Assembly: GCA_964594835.1 (NCBI GenBank)
Contig: CAZQNA010000008.1
Coordinates: forward strand, 64,432 to 101,848
Source of the DNA: an uncultured Nitrososphaerota archaeon
Lineage (GTDB): Archaea; Korarchaeota; Korarchaeia; Korarchaeales; Korarchaeaceae
Length of the DNA: 37,417 bases
Reading direction: 5' to 3'
Part shown: positions 8,218 to 17,001 of the stretch, in pieces
Numbering within the stretch: the stretch's first letter is position 1
Layout of the letters: each line of letters begins with the position of its first letter
Position numbers and translations under genes: made by a program
Notes under the pieces: generated by a model
Told to the model about the DNA's origin: nothing
Seen by the model: the letters and a program-made list of their open reading frames with translations, nothing else
The model's database searches: none

Positions 8218-10008
8218 GTGCCGGCGGTGGACGCCAGGAGGATAGCTGTAGTCGACAGGGACCGCTGCAACCCGAGGAAGTGCGGCCAGGAGTGCATCAA
8301 GTTCTGCCCCAGGGTCAGGGCGGGCGAGGAGGACACCATCAGACTGGAGGACGGCTTCCTGGTCATAGATGAGGATCTCTGCGTGGGCTGCGGGATATGC
8401 GTCAAGAAGTGCCCGTTCTCGGCCCTGTCGATAGTCAACCTGCCGGCGCCGCTCGAGGGGGAGGAGATCCACAGGTACGGGGTCAACGGGTTCGTGCTCT
8501 TCAGGCTCCCCGTTGTGAGGATGGGGAGCGTGGTCGGGCTGGTCGGCCCCAACGGCACCGGGAAGACCACCATAATGAGGATACTCTCGGGAGAGCTCCT
8601 GCCAAACCTCGGGGACCCCAAGGCCGAGCTGGACTGGGGAGAGGTAATCAGAAGGTTCCGCGGGACCGAGATCCAGAACTACCTGGAGAGACTGGCCGGC
8701 GGGCGGATAAGGGTGGTCCACAAGCCGGAGAGGATCGACCTCCTGCCGAGGGCATTCCCCGGAACCCTGAGGGAGGCCCTGGAAAAGGCCGACGAGAGGG
8801 GCGTGGCCAGGGAGCTGGCCGAGGAGCTGGGCCTGTCGGACCTCATGGATCGCAGGCTCTCCGATCTCAGCGGGGGGGAGCTCCAGAGGGTGGCCGTGAT
8901 AGCCGCCTCGTCCAAGGAGGCCGACGTCTACATGTTCGACGAGCCCTGCAACTACCTGGACGTCTTCCAGCGCATGAGGGTCGCCTCGGTGATCAGGGAC
9001 CTGGCCCAGGCTGGCAGGGGGGTGCTGGTCGTGGAGCACGACCTGGCCGTCCTCGACTACCTGAGCGACTACGTCCACATCCTCTACGGCGTCAGGGGAG
9101 TCTTCGGCGTGGTGAGCCACCCCCACGGCACCAGGGAGGGGATCAACATATTCCTGGACGGCTACCTGCCGGACGACAACGTGAGGTTCAGGGAGTACTC
9201 CATATCCTTCGGCAGGAGGTCGGCGGTCGAGAGGGTCGAGACCCTCCCCCTGGTGAGCTACAGCGGGCTGGTGAAGGAGTACGACTCCTCCTTCAGGCTG
9301 TCGGTGGAGCCGGGCGAGCTCAGGGCCGGAGAGGTCGTCGTGGCCGTTGGGCCGAACGGCATAGGCAAGACCACGTTCGTGTCCATGCTGGCCGGCGTGA
9401 TAGAGCCCACCAGCGGCGAGGTCCTGGCGGAGGACGTCAGGGTTGCCTACAAGCCCCAGTACGTCAGGCCGGAGCAGGACGGCACCGTCTACTCCCTGCT
9501 CAAGTCGACGGCGGGATCCCAGCTGAGCTCGAGCTTCTTCAGGGCGGAGGTCCTCCACAGGCTCGGGGTGGACGGGCTCATGGATCGCAGGCTCTCCGAG
9601 CTCAGCGGGGGGGAGCTCCAGAGGGTGGCCGTCGCGGCCACGCTGGGGATGGACGCCGACATATACCTGCTCGACGAGCCCAGCGCCTTCCTCGACGTGG
9701 AGATGAGGCTGGCCCTGGCCAAGGCCATCAAGAGGAGGGTGGAGGGCGAGGACAGGGCCGCAATAGTGGTCGAGCACGACCTCGTGACCGTCGAGGCCCT
9801 CGCCGACCGCATAATCCTCTTCACGGGGGAGCCCGGGGTCGAGGGGCACGCCTCAAGCCCCATGCCCGTGGAGGCGGGCATGAACGAGTTCCTCAGGGAG
9901 GTCGGCATAACCTTCAGGAGGGACCCGAAGACCGGCAGGCCCAGGGTCAACAAGCCCGGATCGAGGCTCGACGTGGAGGCCAGGGCCTCCGGCCGATACT
10001 ACGTGTGA
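8218..10008 (+). CDS. rli: ABCE1/Rli1 ribosome recycling ATPase
   Basis: N-terminal Fe-S domain (CNPRKCGQEC...CVGCGICVKKCP), two NBDs (GPNGTGKT, GPNGIGKT; LSGGELQR twice), C-terminal TFRRD...RPRVNK. Confidence 0.97.
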   Translation: MPAVDARRIAVVDRDRCNPRKCGQECIKFCPRVRAGEEDTIRLEDGFLVIDEDLCVGCGICVKKCPFSALSIVNLPAPLEGEEIHRYGVNGFVLFRLPVVRMGSVVGLVGPNGTGKTTIMRILSGELLPNLGDPKAELDWGEVIRRFRGTEIQNYLERLAGGRIRVVHKPERIDLLPRAFPGTLREALEKADERGVARELAEELGLSDLMDRRLSDLSGGELQRVAVIAASSKEADVYMFDEPCNYLDVFQRMRVASVIRDLAQAGRGVLVVEHDLAVLDYLSDYVHILYGVRGVFGVVSHPHGTREGINIFLDGYLPDDNVRFREYSISFGRRSAVERVETLPLVSYSGLVKEYDSSFRLSVEPGELRAGEVVVAVGPNGIGKTTFVSMLAGVIEPTSGEVLAEDVRVAYKPQYVRPEQDGTVYSLLKSTAGSQLSSSFFRAEVLHRLGVDGLMDRRLSELSGGELQRVAVAATLGMDADIYLLDEPSAFLDVEMRLALAKAIKRRVEGEDRAAIVVEHDLVTVEALADRIILFTGEPGVEGHASSPMPVEAGMNEFLREVGITFRRDPKTGRPRVNKPGSRLDVEARASGRYYV

Positions 10009-10024
10009 TCGAGGTCAGGTCAGG

Positions 10025-11143
10025 TCAGTAGTGCCTGATCACCCCTGTCCTCAGGGCCAGCTTCCTGGCGGCGTTCTCCGTGAGGCCGCCCTCCCCCAGT
10101 ATGGTGTACCTCCTCCTAATGGTGTGGGCGATCGTCAGGGCCTTCACGACGACCTCCGGATCGAGCCCCGCCTCCTCGGCCGTGACCGGGGCTCCGACGG
10201 CCCTCAGGCTGTCCCTGATCCTCTCCCAGTCCTGCCCCTGGAGGTAGGCCATCATTATGGCGCCCAGGCCGCACTGTATCCCGTGCGGGGCGTTCCTGTA
10301 ACCCTCCTCCCTGGCCAGCTTGTCGAGGGCGTGGCTGAAGAGGTGCTCGCTCCCGCTCGCCGGCCTGCTGCTCCCGGCTATGCTTATGGCGACGCCGCTC
10401 CCTATGAGGGCCTTCACCAGCAGCCTGGTGGACTCCTCGGTCCCCGGCCTTATGTCCTCCGCGTGCTGCATGGCCAGCTGGGCGCTGAGCAGGGACATGC
10501 TGGCGGCGTACTCGCTGTAGGGCTCGTCCTTCAGCTTGTGGGCCAGCTCCCAGTCTCTGACGGCGGTTATCTTGGCCACCAGGTCCCCGAAGCCCGACTT
10601 CCTCGTGACGTCCGGCGCCTCGGTGATCACCCTGGTGTCGGCTATCACCGCGGTGGGGGACTCGGGCTTGGCCCACCTCTCTCCCCTCACCTCCTTGACG
10701 GTCTCCGCCAGGAGGAAGCTTATGGACGGGGACGCTATGCCGTCGTGGCTGGCGCTGGTCGGCACGCTCACGTACCTCACGCCAGCCCAGTGGGCCGTCA
10801 GCTTCGCCACGTCCAGGACCCTGCCTCCCCCGACCCCCAGCACGAAGGCGGCCTCCACGTCCCTTAGCTTCCTGAAGGCGGCCTCCACGTCCCTGACGTC
10901 CGGGTGCCGGGAGGTGACCTGGTGGACCTCGAACCGGTACCCGTCCCCCTCTATGAACTCCCCGAGCCTCCAAGCTATCCTGGAGGTCCGCTCCCCCCCG
11001 GTGACTATCAGGGCCCTCCCCTTCAGCTCGAGGGACCTGAGGGTCTCGCTGGTCTTCCTCAGGGCGTCGGGGCCGAAGAAGATGTAGCGGGGGCTCTCTA
11101 TCAGCTCCAGATCGCCCACGTACTTCTCTCCCAGTCCCCTCAA
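10025..11143 (-). CDS. egsA: sn-glycerol-1-phosphate dehydrogenase
   Basis: GVGGGRVLDVAK, PTSASHDGIASP, SSRPASGSEHLFSHALD, HGIQCG, RYTILG. Confidence 0.95.
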   Translation of the reverse strand: MRGLGEKYVGDLELIESPRYIFFGPDALRKTSETLRSLELKGRALIVTGGERTSRIAWRLGEFIEGDGYRFEVHQVTSRHPDVRDVEAAFRKLRDVEAAFVLGVGGGRVLDVAKLTAHWAGVRYVSVPTSASHDGIASPSISFLLAETVKEVRGERWAKPESPTAVIADTRVITEAPDVTRKSGFGDLVAKITAVRDWELAHKLKDEPYSEYAASMSLLSAQLAMQHAEDIRPGTEESTRLLVKALIGSGVAISIAGSSRPASGSEHLFSHALDKLAREEGYRNAPHGIQCGLGAIMMAYLQGQDWERIRDSLRAVGAPVTAEEAGLDPEVVVKALTIAHTIRRRYTILGEGGLTENAARKLALRTGVIRHY

Positions 11144-11227
11144 CGTCAGTCGGGTGGCCGCGGCGGGCGCCGGTAAAAACGGTTCCCACAGGTCAACCTT
11201 AATTTTGGGAGTCGGCCGGGCCGACCC

Positions 11228-11986
11228 GTGAGTTCAGTGAGCCTAGCCGGGAACAGGAAGCTCCAGCTCGCTATCGCCCTCAACTTGGCGCTCGCCCTCA
11301 TCCTCGTAGTCCCCCCGCTCGTCATGAGGGGGCCGGGGGCCGAGGTGGTCGTCGACCCCGAGGACATCCCCCTGAACGGGAACGCCACGGTGAAGGTCAG
11401 GTTCGACGACGTGCCCTCCAGCGCCAGGCTGGAGATCCTCCAGGGGCCCGACCTGAGGCCCGTCCAGGTGTTCCAGCTGGGCCAGTCCAGGGAGGCGTCG
11501 GTCACGGTCTTCGCGGAGGAGGGGGTCTACTCGGTCGGCCTGCACGTTGCCAGGGTCGTGGCGACCGTGGGCGGGAGGGAGGTCACCGCCGAGGTCCCCT
11601 TCTCCGTGTACCACGGGGGGGAGCTGAGGGTCGAGGCCTCGGTCAGCCCGGAGGAGGTGGTGGCCAGGTCTCTCCCGGACGCCAGCGCGAACGTCTCGGC
11701 GACCATCACCGTGACAGTGAGGAACGAGCTTGGAAGGCCCGTGGAGGGGGCCCTCATCTTCTCGAAGTCGAGGGGCAGCCAGACGGGGCACGTGGACCTC
11801 TCCCCAAACCCCGCCAAGACCGACCCGGACGGGGTGGCCACGGTGACCTGGACCCTGACGGTGCCGGCCAACCTCACCGAGGGAAACCTCACGGACGTCG
11901 TGAGTATGGTCATAGGGGCCCCGGGGCACCCAGTGGCGAGGGCGAGCGTGGAGGTCAGGGCTCGGGTTGAGCCCGCGAGGCCCTGA
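11228..11986 (+). CDS. Membrane-anchored/secreted beta-rich (Ig-like) protein
   Basis: N-terminal hydrophobic segment; 'ITVTVRNELGRPVEGA...KTDPDGVATVTW' is Big_1-like; several N-x-S/T sequons. Confidence 0.65.
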   Translation: MSSVSLAGNRKLQLAIALNLALALILVVPPLVMRGPGAEVVVDPEDIPLNGNATVKVRFDDVPSSARLEILQGPDLRPVQVFQLGQSREASVTVFAEEGVYSVGLHVARVVATVGGREVTAEVPFSVYHGGELRVEASVSPEEVVARSLPDASANVSATITVTVRNELGRPVEGALIFSKSRGSQTGHVDLSPNPAKTDPDGVATVTWTLTVPANLTEGNLTDVVSMVIGAPGHPVARASVEVRARVEPARP

Positions 11987-13658
11987 TCTCCTCCAGCCTC
12001 CTCACCAGCTCCTCGCTCTTCACCTTCCTGAACAGGGGCCTGGGCTCGCCTATCTCGTGCCCCTCGGGTAGGGGATCGAAGGCCCGATCCCACGAGGCCT
12101 CGTGAGGGCTGCCGTCGAGCCTCAGCATCTCCCAGAGCCTCTCGGAGGTGTCCGGGAGGAAGGGCTCGAGGTAGTGCGCCAGGCCCTTCACCAGGGCGAG
12201 GGCGGCCGAGGTCGTGGTCCCGGCCCTCTCGACCCTCCCCTCCTTGAGGTCGGCCCAAGGGGCCCTCGCGTTCAGGAAGGCGTTTCCCTCCCTGGCCACG
12301 TCCATCACCCTGACCAGGGCCTCCCTCATCCTGAACCTCCAGAGGCTGTCCTCCGCCCTCCTGGCCAGCTCCTCGGCCCTGGAGATCACGGAGCTGGCCC
12401 CCTCGTCCGACGGGTCCAGGGCTGGGACCTTACCTCCAAACCTGCTGGCGGTGAACGTGAGGGTCCGGTGGACGAAGTTCCCCAGCACGTCGTTCAGCTC
12501 GTTGTTGATCTTGGCCTCGAAGTCGGCCCAGGTGAAGCTGGAGTCCTTGGTCTCGGGCCTGGTGGCTATCAGGTAGTACCTCCAGTAGTCGGCCTCGAGG
12601 AGCTCGAGGGCCTCGTCCATCCATATCCCAATGCCCTTGGACTTGGAGAACTTCTGCCCCTCGTACATCAGGAACTCGGTGGAGCTGACGTTGAAGGGGA
12701 GCACGTAGCCCTGGCCGCTGGCCATCAGCAGGGCGGGGAATATGATGGTGTGGAACGGGATGTTGTCCTTCCCTATGAAGTAGACGCTCCTGGTCTCGGG
12801 GTCCCTCCAGAAGGAGTCGAAAAGCTCGGGCCTTCCCTGCCCCTCGGCCCACTCCTTCACGGCCGACACGTAGCCCAGGACCGCCTCCATCCAGACGTAG
12901 ATCGTCTTCCCCTCGGCGCCCGGGAAGGGGGCCGGGATGCCCCACTCGTTGTCCCTCGTGACCGACCTGGGCTTGAGCCCCTCCCTTATCATGGCGAGGG
13001 ACATGTTCCTTGCGTTCTCCGGGAAGTTCTCGTTCCCCTCTATGTACTCCCTCAGGGCGTCGGAGAACTTGGGGAGGTCGAAGAACCAGTGCCTGGTCCT
13101 CTTGACCACCGGGGTTGAGCCGCAGAAAGCGCACCTCGGACCTATGAGGTCGAGGGGCGTCAGCAGCCTGCCGCAGACCTCGCACTGGTCGCCGTAGGCC
13201 TTGGGGTTTCCGCAGTAGGGGCAGGTCCCCACGACGAACCTGTCCGGTAGGAATATCCCGCAGTTCTCGCAGTAGAGCTGCTCTATCTCCTCGTCGAAGA
13301 CGTGCCCGTTCTCGTAGACCCTGGAGTAGAACTCCTGAACGAATCTCACGTGCACCCGGCTCTCCGTCCTGGTGTAGTTGTCGTAGCTGATCCTGAAGGC
13401 CTCGAACAGCGAGGATATCCTGGCGTGCATCTCGTCGGTCAGCTGCCTCGGGCTCACCCCGCGCCTCCTGGCCTCGGCCTCTATGGGGGTCCCGTGCTCG
13501 TCGCTCCCGGAGACGAACACCACATCCTCTCCCTTCCTCCTGAGGAATCTCGCGTAGACGTCCGCCGAGAGGGGTGCGCCGATCAGGTTCCCCAGGTGCG
13601 GAAGGGAGTAGACGTAGGGCCAAGCGCTAGCCACTATCCACCTGCCCAGCCCTCGCAC
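11955..13658 (-). CDS. metG: Methionine--tRNA ligase (short form, no C-terminal tRNA-binding appendage)
   Basis: AWPY...HLGN, GSDEHGTPI, Zn knuckles, YVWMEA, GKDNIPFH, KFSKS. Confidence 0.96.
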   Translation of the reverse strand: MRGLGRWIVASAWPYVYSLPHLGNLIGAPLSADVYARFLRRKGEDVVFVSGSDEHGTPIEAEARRRGVSPRQLTDEMHARISSLFEAFRISYDNYTRTESRVHVRFVQEFYSRVYENGHVFDEEIEQLYCENCGIFLPDRFVVGTCPYCGNPKAYGDQCEVCGRLLTPLDLIGPRCAFCGSTPVVKRTRHWFFDLPKFSDALREYIEGNENFPENARNMSLAMIREGLKPRSVTRDNEWGIPAPFPGAEGKTIYVWMEAVLGYVSAVKEWAEGQGRPELFDSFWRDPETRSVYFIGKDNIPFHTIIFPALLMASGQGYVLPFNVSSTEFLMYEGQKFSKSKGIGIWMDEALELLEADYWRYYLIATRPETKDSSFTWADFEAKINNELNDVLGNFVHRTLTFTASRFGGKVPALDPSDEGASSVISRAEELARRAEDSLWRFRMREALVRVMDVAREGNAFLNARAPWADLKEGRVERAGTTTSAALALVKGLAHYLEPFLPDTSERLWEMLRLDGSPHEASWDRAFDPLPEGHEIGEPRPLFRKVKSEELVRRLEEIRASRAQPEP

Positions 13659-13838
13659 CTCCCGCCAGCGCCTTGGGGCAGGTCACCCGCTCCGCATTAT
13701 AACGTTGATTCTGGGGCCTTTCGGAGAGCAGGGGACGGCGGCCGGGGACAAGTCGAGCGTGGGGCTCCTCAGAGGTCTGCCAGCACCCACCCCGGCCGCC
13801 GCGCGGCCCCACCGGGGGGCGATAATAGTCTTTCCGCC

Positions 13839-14288
13839 TCACTGGGACCCGCCCCGGCAGAACACCTCGACGATCCGGCGCACCACGTCGGTCGTCGAGT
13901 CGTGGGGGGAGCCGAACTTCGGCAGCCTGACGACCTCACACCTCAGGTTCCTCCTCTCCAGCTCCCCCCTGATCCAGTCCTCGTCGGGCCACTGATCGTA
14001 TCCTAGGGCGACTATGTCGGGCCTCTCCCTCTCCACCGTGGCCAGCGGGTCCTCGGGGTCCCCTAGGATTGCCCTGTCCACGGGCTTGAGGCAGGAGACC
14101 AGGAAGGCCCTCTCCTCCTCGGGGAGGATGGGGTCCCTGCCCTTGAACCTCCTGACGTTCGAGTCCCTCGCGACCACCACGACCAGCTCTCCATCTGGCC
14201 CGGCCAGTCTCTTGGCGTGCTGGAGCATCCTGGCGTGCCCGGGGTGGAGAATGTCAAAGGTCCCCGCGACCAGAACCTTCCTCCCCAT
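13839..14288 (-). CDS. ribL: FAD synthase (cytidyltransferase family)
   Basis: VLVAGTFDILHPGH, VVVARD, PDIVALGYDQ, STT; start moved to ATG 14288. Confidence 0.85.
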   Translation of the reverse strand: MGRKVLVAGTFDILHPGHARMLQHAKRLAGPDGELVVVVARDSNVRRFKGRDPILPEEERAFLVSCLKPVDRAILGDPEDPLATVERERPDIVALGYDQWPDEDWIRGELERRNLRCEVVRLPKFGSPHDSTTDVVRRIVEVFCRGGSQ

Positions 14289-14351
14289 CGGCCTCCCGAG
14301 CCCCCACTCGCGAACTATATTTACCCGAGGCCGCACCGCCGTCGCGGAGGA

Positions 14352-15320
14352 GTGGACTTGCCGCCGCGCGGGGCCGAGATACTGGACTGGCTGACGGCCG
14401 TGGCCGACCCGCCGTACTCGGTGCTCTCCCACGGAGAGGACCTCGACGGCCTCGCCTCGGCGGCCCTGATCTACGCGGCTCTGGGCGGGGAGGTGGAGCT
14501 GAGGTTCGAGAGCCCCGACAGGGCGGCGAGGTCCGGGAGGGGCGCCCACGTGGTTGCGGACCTGCCCCCGCCGGCCGGGGGAGCCCTCCTCCTCTTCGAC
14601 CACCACCGCTCAAACGTGGAACTCGCGAGGGAGAGGGTGAGGCTTGCTGTCTTGGATCCCTCGGCCCCGTCGACGGCCCTGGTGATATGGAGGGAGCTGT
14701 CCGAGAGGATAGACGTCCCCGACCTCCTCGGGCTGGTGGAGCTCACCTCGAGGGTGGACTCCGGCGACATGGGGTTCCACGCGGCGGCCTTCACGGCGGC
14801 CGTGAAGAGGATCTTCTGGACGGACAGGAGGGACCGGGCCCTCCGCTCCATAGCCACCTCGCTCCTCGAGCTCAGGCCGAGCAGGGAGGAGGAACTCCTG
14901 AGCATCCCACAGGTCGCGAGGGTCTGGGAGGAGCTGGAGAGGCGGAACTCCGACGAGATCGAGTGGATACTCTCCCTCCCCGATCTGCTTGGGGCCGGGG
15001 GCCCCGAAGGGCTGGTCGCAGTTGTGGACGCCCGCCGCATCCCGGGCTACCTCTCCCCCCTCATACACCACGCCCTGAGGGGGAGGGTAGACCTCCTCGT
15101 GACCCTGGGGAGGTGGAGGGGGAAGGACTCCAGGGTCTCGCTCAGGTCGAGGCCGGGCGGGGCGGTGAGCGCCCTGGAGATCGCCAGGTCCTTCGGCGGA
15201 GGTGGCCACGCCAACGCCGCCGGGTTCACCCTCCTGGCCAGGGACCTCCCGAGGCTCCTGGAGATGGTGCGGGCGAGGGGAGGGAGGGTGGTCCTCCTCC
15301 GGCCGCCCGAGAGGGCCTGA
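14352..15320 (+). CDS. DHH/DHHA1 family phosphoesterase (NrnA-like)
   Basis: HGEDLDGLASA, VADL, FDHH, SLRS...FGGGGHANAAG; start GTG 14352 after GGAGG. Confidence 0.85.
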   Translation: MDLPPRGAEILDWLTAVADPPYSVLSHGEDLDGLASAALIYAALGGEVELRFESPDRAARSGRGAHVVADLPPPAGGALLLFDHHRSNVELARERVRLAVLDPSAPSTALVIWRELSERIDVPDLLGLVELTSRVDSGDMGFHAAAFTAAVKRIFWTDRRDRALRSIATSLLELRPSREEELLSIPQVARVWEELERRNSDEIEWILSLPDLLGAGGPEGLVAVVDARRIPGYLSPLIHHALRGRVDLLVTLGRWRGKDSRVSLRSRPGGAVSALEIARSFGGGGHANAAGFTLLARDLPRLLEMVRARGGRVVLLRPPERA

Positions 15321-15436
15321 CGGCCGAGATCCTCAAGCGATGGGCTGAACATCATTCGATAAGACTTAATTATTTGACGGGACGCTTCCATTCAAAAAGT
15401 GTAGAGGGATTGGCGGGAAAAGGAGAGGAAAACGCA

Positions 15437-16849
15437 ATGGCGGGGGATGGCCTGAGGCGGCTTGGGGAGGACTGGCTGATTCCGGTTGGGACCGCCTTGT
15501 GCTGGATCGTGCTCGGAATAGCGTTCACCATATACGACTCTGGAAACTGGATTCCCAAGTCCTTTGAACCATCGATCCTGCTCCTCAGGGTCGGCGCGGT
15601 TATGGCGACTGTGGTCCTCCTGTTCGCCTTCTTCATGGCGTGGAGGGAGAGGCTGGAGTCCTTCCTCCTCCCGGACTGGGAGAGGTCCCTGTCTTCGGCC
15701 CTCCTGGTGGCGTTCGGGGGATACGTCGCCCTGATGAGCTCGGTGTTCGAGGTCACCCCGGCCACCAGGGCCCTGGGGCTCCTGAGCCTCACCGTGGGGG
15801 CGATCGGCTTCTCTTGGTTCATGTCGGCGGCCGTGACCAAGGTGGCCGCCTTCCTGAGGTACCTCAGGCCGCCGCCCCGCGTCGACCTGCTGGGCGCGGC
15901 CGGCCTCTGGGCCCTCGGCGCCCCCGTCGTCGCCCTGGCCGAGTGGGCGCTGGGGTGGAAGTACGCCCTCAGGCCGGCTCCTCAGATGCCCGACTCCATC
16001 GCCCACCTCGTCCTGGTACTGATGCTGTCAGTGCCCACAATGAAGCTGGCCTCCCTGTTCCCGAGGATGAGGGGGCCGAGCCGCTGGTTCGTCTCCAGCA
16101 TGCTCGGCGGCTATCTGGCCGGCCTCACGGCCGCCTTCGTCGCCCTCGCCGACGACCTCGTGTACCTGCCCACCCTCCTGACGGACCTGTGGGTCCACGG
16201 CTCCGTGGTGGCGGCCGGGACGTTCGCCCTGCCGCCCCTCCTCTACTTCTCAGGCTCCACCTCGCTGATATCCGCCGGGTCCCCCGCCCCAGAGCGGCTG
16301 GAGGGGTCGGGGATCTACCTGGGACTGGCGTCCCCCGGGTCCAGGTACGTGGAGAGGCTCTACCTCCGCCTCAAGGTGGGGCTCGACGACGGTCGCCCCG
16401 TGATCGTGATGACGAGGCGCGGGTCCCCCCTGGACCTGTTCGAGCCGCTCCTGAACGAGGCGGAGCTGGTCATACACCTCTCGACGGTCGAGGAGACCCG
16501 CGACTACTGGGATCCGGGGAAGCCGCCCATGAAGGTGTCCGCGGACATAAGGCACGTGGGGCGCGCGATACGGGGGCTGGCCGAGGTCAGGGGGGCCGTG
16601 ATAGTTCTGGACAGCCTGACCGACCTAGTGGCCATAAACGGGCATGAGGCAGTCGTAGACATGCTTTCCTCCGTCAGGTCCAGGCTGGCGTCGTCGGGCG
16701 TCATCCTGCTCGCCACCATATTTCCAGAGGCGCACGAGGAGTCTGAACTCTTCGAGCTTGAGGCCCTGTCCACGGAGCTGCTGGACCTCAGGGTCCCCGC
16801 CGCGCCGAGTAAACCGAGGAGAGAGATTGCGCCGGCCCAGGAAACATGA
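15437..16849 (+). CDS. Multi-pass membrane protein fused to an inactivated KaiC/RecA-like (DUF835-type) C-terminal domain
   Basis: About 8 hydrophobic segments, then degenerate P-loop ASPGSRYV, Walker-B-like VIVLDSLTDL and 'FPEAHEESELFELEALS'. ATG 15437 after AGGAGAGG. Confidence 0.7.
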   Translation: MAGDGLRRLGEDWLIPVGTALCWIVLGIAFTIYDSGNWIPKSFEPSILLLRVGAVMATVVLLFAFFMAWRERLESFLLPDWERSLSSALLVAFGGYVALMSSVFEVTPATRALGLLSLTVGAIGFSWFMSAAVTKVAAFLRYLRPPPRVDLLGAAGLWALGAPVVALAEWALGWKYALRPAPQMPDSIAHLVLVLMLSVPTMKLASLFPRMRGPSRWFVSSMLGGYLAGLTAAFVALADDLVYLPTLLTDLWVHGSVVAAGTFALPPLLYFSGSTSLISAGSPAPERLEGSGIYLGLASPGSRYVERLYLRLKVGLDDGRPVIVMTRRGSPLDLFEPLLNEAELVIHLSTVEETRDYWDPGKPPMKVSADIRHVGRAIRGLAEVRGAVIVLDSLTDLVAINGHEAVVDMLSSVRSRLASSGVILLATIFPEAHEESELFELEALSTELLDLRVPAAPSKPRREIAPAQET

Positions 16850-16894
16850 GGAACCCAAAGGGCCGATCCGCGGCGCAGCAGCCGCCGCCCTCGT

Positions 16895-16912
16895 TAGAAA
16901 ACTGAATAAAGT
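16895..16912 (+). promoter_or_regulatory. Putative BRE/TATA for the C/D sRNA (and possibly kaiC)
   Basis: TAGAAAACTGAATAAAGT, with AATAAA 21-26 nt upstream of 16931. Confidence 0.5.
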
Positions 16913-16930
16913 AGATCGAGTTGGAACACT

Positions 16931-16992
16931 GGGGCCGATGAGGTCGGAGGTGATCACAGAGGCATGATGAGGCTCGAAAGGTCCGAGGCCCC
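16931..16992 (+). ncRNA. Box C/D methylation-guide sRNA (candidate 1)
   Basis: Terminal stem GGGGCC/GGCCCC; C CCGATGA 16935-41; D' CAGA 16957-60; C' ATGATGA 16964-70; 12-nt guide; D CCGA 16983-86. Confidence 0.8.
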
Positions 16993-17001
16993 CGCAAATC
17001 G

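Noticed and set aside
13713-13830. Hammerhead (CTGAGGA...GAAA), SAM riboswitch, tRNA half, 5S or canonical H/ACA reading of the element upstream of metG
   Set aside because: No hammerhead stem II, no SAM-I core, no T-loop, no 5S conserved loops, and wrong pocket-to-ANA spacing; it also lies upstream of the likely metG TATA.
15320-15360. Minus-strand ATGATGT...TTGA as a third C/D sRNA
   Set aside because: No convincing C'/D boxes or terminal stem; more likely promoter sequence.
14687-15436. N-terminal 250 aa of the 720-aa ORF
   Set aside because: Overlaps the DHH gene in another frame and crosses an AT-rich promoter; ATG 15437 has an RBS.
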